DNA of 64,000 nt from Bdellovibrionales bacterium (GTDB taxonomy: Bacteria; Bdellovibrionota; Bdellovibrionia; Bdellovibrionales; JAUICD01), in assembly GCA_965197425.1 (NCBI GenBank), contig CBDANC010000012.1:128001-192000 (forward strand). The letters run 5' to 3'. Below, piece after piece: positions 60,794 to 64,000 of this stretch. A program made the translations under genes and the position numbers. The notes below the pieces were generated by a model. The model was not told where the DNA came from. It searched no databases and worked only from the letters and a program-made list of their open reading frames with translations. The first letter of the stretch is position 1, and each line of letters opens with the position of its first letter.

Positions 60794-62186
60794 TGATATG
60801 TTAAACTACGACCAAATATACAAAGCCTTAGATGCTGATAAAGCTCTAAAAACCCATATTGTTAGACCTACTCTAAGACCTATAGAAGGTGCTTCCATTG
60901 ACACAAGAGAAAATTTAAAAAATAAAATTTTTTTTCCTATAAAAGGTGATGTTTTTGATGGAAGTAATTTTTTACTAGATGCAATTAAAGCCGATGCTTC
61001 CGTTGTAATATGTCAGAAAGATAGAATACCGAACACAACAGATGATGTAGGCATTATTGTTGTAGAAGACCCTTTAAAGGCCTACCAAACATTAGCAAGT
61101 TATGTAGTCAAGCTATATGGTCCTAAGACAGTTGGTATTACTGGCTCTAATGGTAAATCAACTTCAAAAGTAATGTTATACGCTGTAGTTAAAAATTTTT
61201 ATAACTGCATAGTATCTGAAAAAAGTTTTAATAATCATATTGGGGTTCCCCATACCTTACTAAAAACAAAAAAAGACACAGAGGTGGTGATAGTGGAGCT
61301 GGGCTCTAACATGAAAGGAGATATTGAGAATCTTACTAGAATCATAAACCCTGATATTGCCGTAGTAACGAATGTTTCAAGTTCACATTTAGAGGGATTA
61401 GGTAATTTAAGTGGTGTAGCATATGAAAAGGAACACATATATAAAAAGGCAAAAGTTGGAATATTCAATCTGGACAATGAGTGGACAAAAAAAATGTATG
61501 ATTCATTTATAGGTGATAAAATTACTTTTTCTAGTACAAAAAGTGCAGATGTTTTCTTGAAAGTTTCAGATATGAATATGCAGTCTTTGGCTATATCTGG
61601 AACTATTGGCGGCGTAGATGGAAAAATTAGCTTAGGTATTTTTGGCAAGCACAATGTATACAATGTTATGGCTGCTGCGGGGTTAGCCTTGGCCTTGGGC
61701 ATTAAACCTATTGATATCTGGAATACTTTATCTGACTGCAGGGGGATTTGGGGCAGAAATCAAAGAGTACTACTTTCAAATAAGGCTACGGTGGTATTTG
61801 ATGGTTACAACGCAAATCCATCTAGTGTCATCGCTATGCTAGAGAATGCCAAAGTACTCTCTTCTGAAAACAGAATATTTTTATGTTTAGCAGACATGCT
61901 TGAGTTAGGAGATAAAAGCGACAAACTACATGAAGAGTGTGGGTCTATTGCAGGCAAACTTCCATTTGAAGCTATGTTTTTTGTAGGACAAAATGCCAAG
62001 GCCTTTAAACGTGGAGTAGCAAAATCAGGATTTAAAAAAAGTTTAGTTATTTTTGATAGTTACAAACAAGACCTTGCATTTAGATTAGAAAATATGCTAA
62101 AGGAAGGGGATATTTTGTTTGTGAAAGGGTCTAGAGGTCTGAAGTTAGAAAACTTGATTTTTGATCTTAAGCCTATGGATTTTTAA
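60783..62186 (+). CDS. murF: UDP-MurNAc-pentapeptide ligase MurF
   Basis: GITGSNGKST, FNNHIGVP, D.YNANP.S, DMLELG, VKGSRG. Confidence 0.95.
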   Translation: MQNNDMLNYDQIYKALDADKALKTHIVRPTLRPIEGASIDTRENLKNKIFFPIKGDVFDGSNFLLDAIKADASVVICQKDRIPNTTDDVGIIVVEDPLKAYQTLASYVVKLYGPKTVGITGSNGKSTSKVMLYAVVKNFYNCIVSEKSFNNHIGVPHTLLKTKKDTEVVIVELGSNMKGDIENLTRIINPDIAVVTNVSSSHLEGLGNLSGVAYEKEHIYKKAKVGIFNLDNEWTKKMYDSFIGDKITFSSTKSADVFLKVSDMNMQSLAISGTIGGVDGKISLGIFGKHNVYNVMAAAGLALALGIKPIDIWNTLSDCRGIWGRNQRVLLSNKATVVFDGYNANPSSVIAMLENAKVLSSENRIFLCLADMLELGDKSDKLHEECGSIAGKLPFEAMFFVGQNAKAFKRGVAKSGFKKSLVIFDSYKQDLAFRLENMLKEGDILFVKGSRGLKLENLIFDLKPMDF

Positions 62187-62201
62187 CCTTAGGTTCTAGC
62201 T

Positions 62202-63278
62202 ATGTTTTTTAAATTTCTATATGGATTATCTGAAGATATATCTGGCTTCAATGTCTTTAGGTATATAACATTTAGAACTTTCTTATCATTTATAACTTCA
62301 TTTATTGTTTGTTACCTTGGGTATCCCTATTTCATAAAGCATCTTGCAAGTAAAAATGCATCCCAAGTTATAAGAAATGATGGTCCTAAGAGTCACTTCA
62401 AAAAGCGAGGCACTCCCACTATGGGAGGTGTACTAGTTTTGTTTAGTTTATTGATAACAAGTATTCTGTGGGCTGATTTACAAAATCCCCTGGTAATTTC
62501 TCTACTAACTATAACCTTTGGTTTTGGAGTTATTGGTTGTTTAGATGATTATTCTAAAATCTCCAACAATAGTTCTAAGGGAATTTCTGGAAAGTTGAGA
62601 CTTATATTAGAATTTTGTCTATCGATTCTTGTGGTTTTTTTATTGGTAAAATTTGATAAGTTGTCCACTACTGTTTCAATTCCATTTTTAAAAAATGTAG
62701 AGTTACAATTAGGTTGGTTTTATTTAATATTTGCAAGTCTGGTTATTGTAGGTTGTGCAAATGCTGTTAACCTAACAGATGGTTTGGATGGATTAGCAAC
62801 TCTGCCTTTAATAATTGCTATTGGAACATATGCAATTTTAACTTATATAGCAGGTCACTTTGAGATTTCAAATTATTTGCAAATACCATTTATAAATGGT
62901 GCCAGTGAGCTATCGGTGGTAGCGTCTATGACCATGGCTGCTGGGTTGGGATTTTTATGGTACAACACTTACCCCGCTCAAATTACTATGGGCGACATAG
63001 GTTCTCTTAGTATGGGTGGGCTTTTAGGCATGATGGCTGTACTTACTAAAAACGAGCTATTGCTTATATTGATAGGTGGCATATTTGTGGTTGAAGCTTT
63101 AAGTGTAATTACTCAAGTTGTGTCGTTTAAGTTAACAGGAAAAAGAATTTTTAAAATGGCTCCAATACATCATCACTATGAGTTGAAAGGCATGGATGAG
63201 AGTAAAATAATAGTAAGGTTTTGGATAGTTTCTATTTTATTGGCAGTACTAAGTCTAAGTACATTAAAGATGAGGTGA
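62202..63278 (+). CDS. mraY: Phospho-N-acetylmuramoyl-pentapeptide transferase
   Basis: [39 protein letters not shown]. Confidence 0.97.
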   Translation: MFFKFLYGLSEDISGFNVFRYITFRTFLSFITSFIVCYLGYPYFIKHLASKNASQVIRNDGPKSHFKKRGTPTMGGVLVLFSLLITSILWADLQNPLVISLLTITFGFGVIGCLDDYSKISNNSSKGISGKLRLILEFCLSILVVFLLVKFDKLSTTVSIPFLKNVELQLGWFYLIFASLVIVGCANAVNLTDGLDGLATLPLIIAIGTYAILTYIAGHFEISNYLQIPFINGASELSVVASMTMAAGLGFLWYNTYPAQITMGDIGSLSMGGLLGMMAVLTKNELLLILIGGIFVVEALSVITQVVSFKLTGKRIFKMAPIHHHYELKGMDESKIIVRFWIVSILLAVLSLSTLKMR

Positions 63279-63282
63279 TTTG

Positions 63283-64000
63283 ATGTCCCAGGAAAATAAT
63301 CAAGTAAATCAAATTTCAAAGGATCTTGCTGGCAAGAAGGTAATGGTAGTAGGTCTATCTACTACAGGAATTTCTTTAATCAAGTTTTTGGTTTCTAAAA
63401 AGGCAGAAATAACTGTGAGTGATCACAAGTCGGCAGCAGAGCTAGCAGACAACCTAGAGCAAGTGGAACATTTGGATATACATTATGATCTGGGAGGTCA
63501 CACTCCTAAGGCAATGTTGAATCAAGAGTTAATTATACTAAGTCCTGGAGTTTCTATTGATCTTAAAATATTTGAGTATGTAAAACAAAATGGCATTGCT
63601 ATTACTGGTGATATTGAATTTGCTTCACAGTTTATAGAAGAGCCAATAATAGCAATAACAGGTACCAACGGAAAAACCACTACTGCCAATATTGCCTATA
63701 AATTTTTGAAAAGATCCGGTGTAGATGTTTGGATAGGAGGTAATTTTGGCAGACCTTTGGTAGAATATCTGTTAGAAGACAAAAAGTATTCTGTAATAAT
63801 CTGTGAAGTATCTAGTTTTCAACTCGAACATGCAAAAACTTTCTCACCTAAAGTTATTGTGTTCACAAACATTTCAGAAAATCATTTGGATAGACATAAA
63901 AGCTTTGATGCTTACTCTAATGCAAAAAGGCGCATATTTTTAAATACCAATAAAGCTATGACAAGCATTCTTAATGCTGATGACAACGGAATAGTTAGCA
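63283..64000 (+). CDS. murD: UDP-MurNAc-L-Ala:D-Glu ligase MurD; runs off the window
   Basis: Manual translation: MSQENN...KKVMVVGLSTTG...ILSPGV...AITGTNGKTTT...GGNFG...EVSSFQLE...NISENHLDRH. Confidence 0.93.
   Translation, partial: MSQENNQVNQISKDLAGKKVMVVGLSTTGISLIKFLVSKKAEITVSDHKSAAELADNLEQVEHLDIHYDLGGHTPKAMLNQELIILSPGVSIDLKIFEYVKQNGIAITGDIEFASQFIEEPIIAITGTNGKTTTANIAYKFLKRSGVDVWIGGNFGRPLVEYLLEDKKYSVIICEVSSFQLEHAKTFSPKVIVFTNISENHLDRHKSFDAYSNAKRRIFLNTNKAMTSILNADDNGIVS

Overview
AT-rich bacterial chromosomal segment. Gene content and order (S2 with a long C-terminal tail, SWIB protein, MoxR-Bat cluster, gspC-J, surA/mreCD-mrdA-rodA, tilS-ftsH-glmM-pdxJ-nnr-tsaE) suggest a Bdellovibrionota-like or former deltaproteobacterial organism; this is inference. 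Most of the window is housekeeping: dppA, orn, degP, moxR-batABCD, rluD, tsaB, rseP-cdsA-uppS-frr-pyrH-tsf-rpsB, ssb, metG, tRNA-Gln, a type II secretion cluster, lepB and murE-murF-mraY-murD. Several accessory secreted proteins are interspersed (two ankyrin proteins, a Cys-rich giant pilin-like protein, a vWA lipoprotein). The most unusual signal is non-coding. Repeat family A has about 10 modular copies (AAGGTCTTCC...variable hairpin...GGTTGCCCAGC...GATCCC) with compensatory base changes, often starting at or just after a stop codon. One array of it encloses a four-helix-bundle (IVS/Avd-like) gene whose RBS lies in a 24-bp hairpin and which is flanked by 8-nt repeats; an apparently empty version of that cassette lies at about 3.1 kb. 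Repeat family B (about 90 bp, bounded by GNA-triloop hairpins) supplies start or stop signals to neighbouring core genes. No transposase, integrase, reverse transcriptase or CRISPR array is visible. All calls were made by eye from the sequence and ORF track, without database searches.
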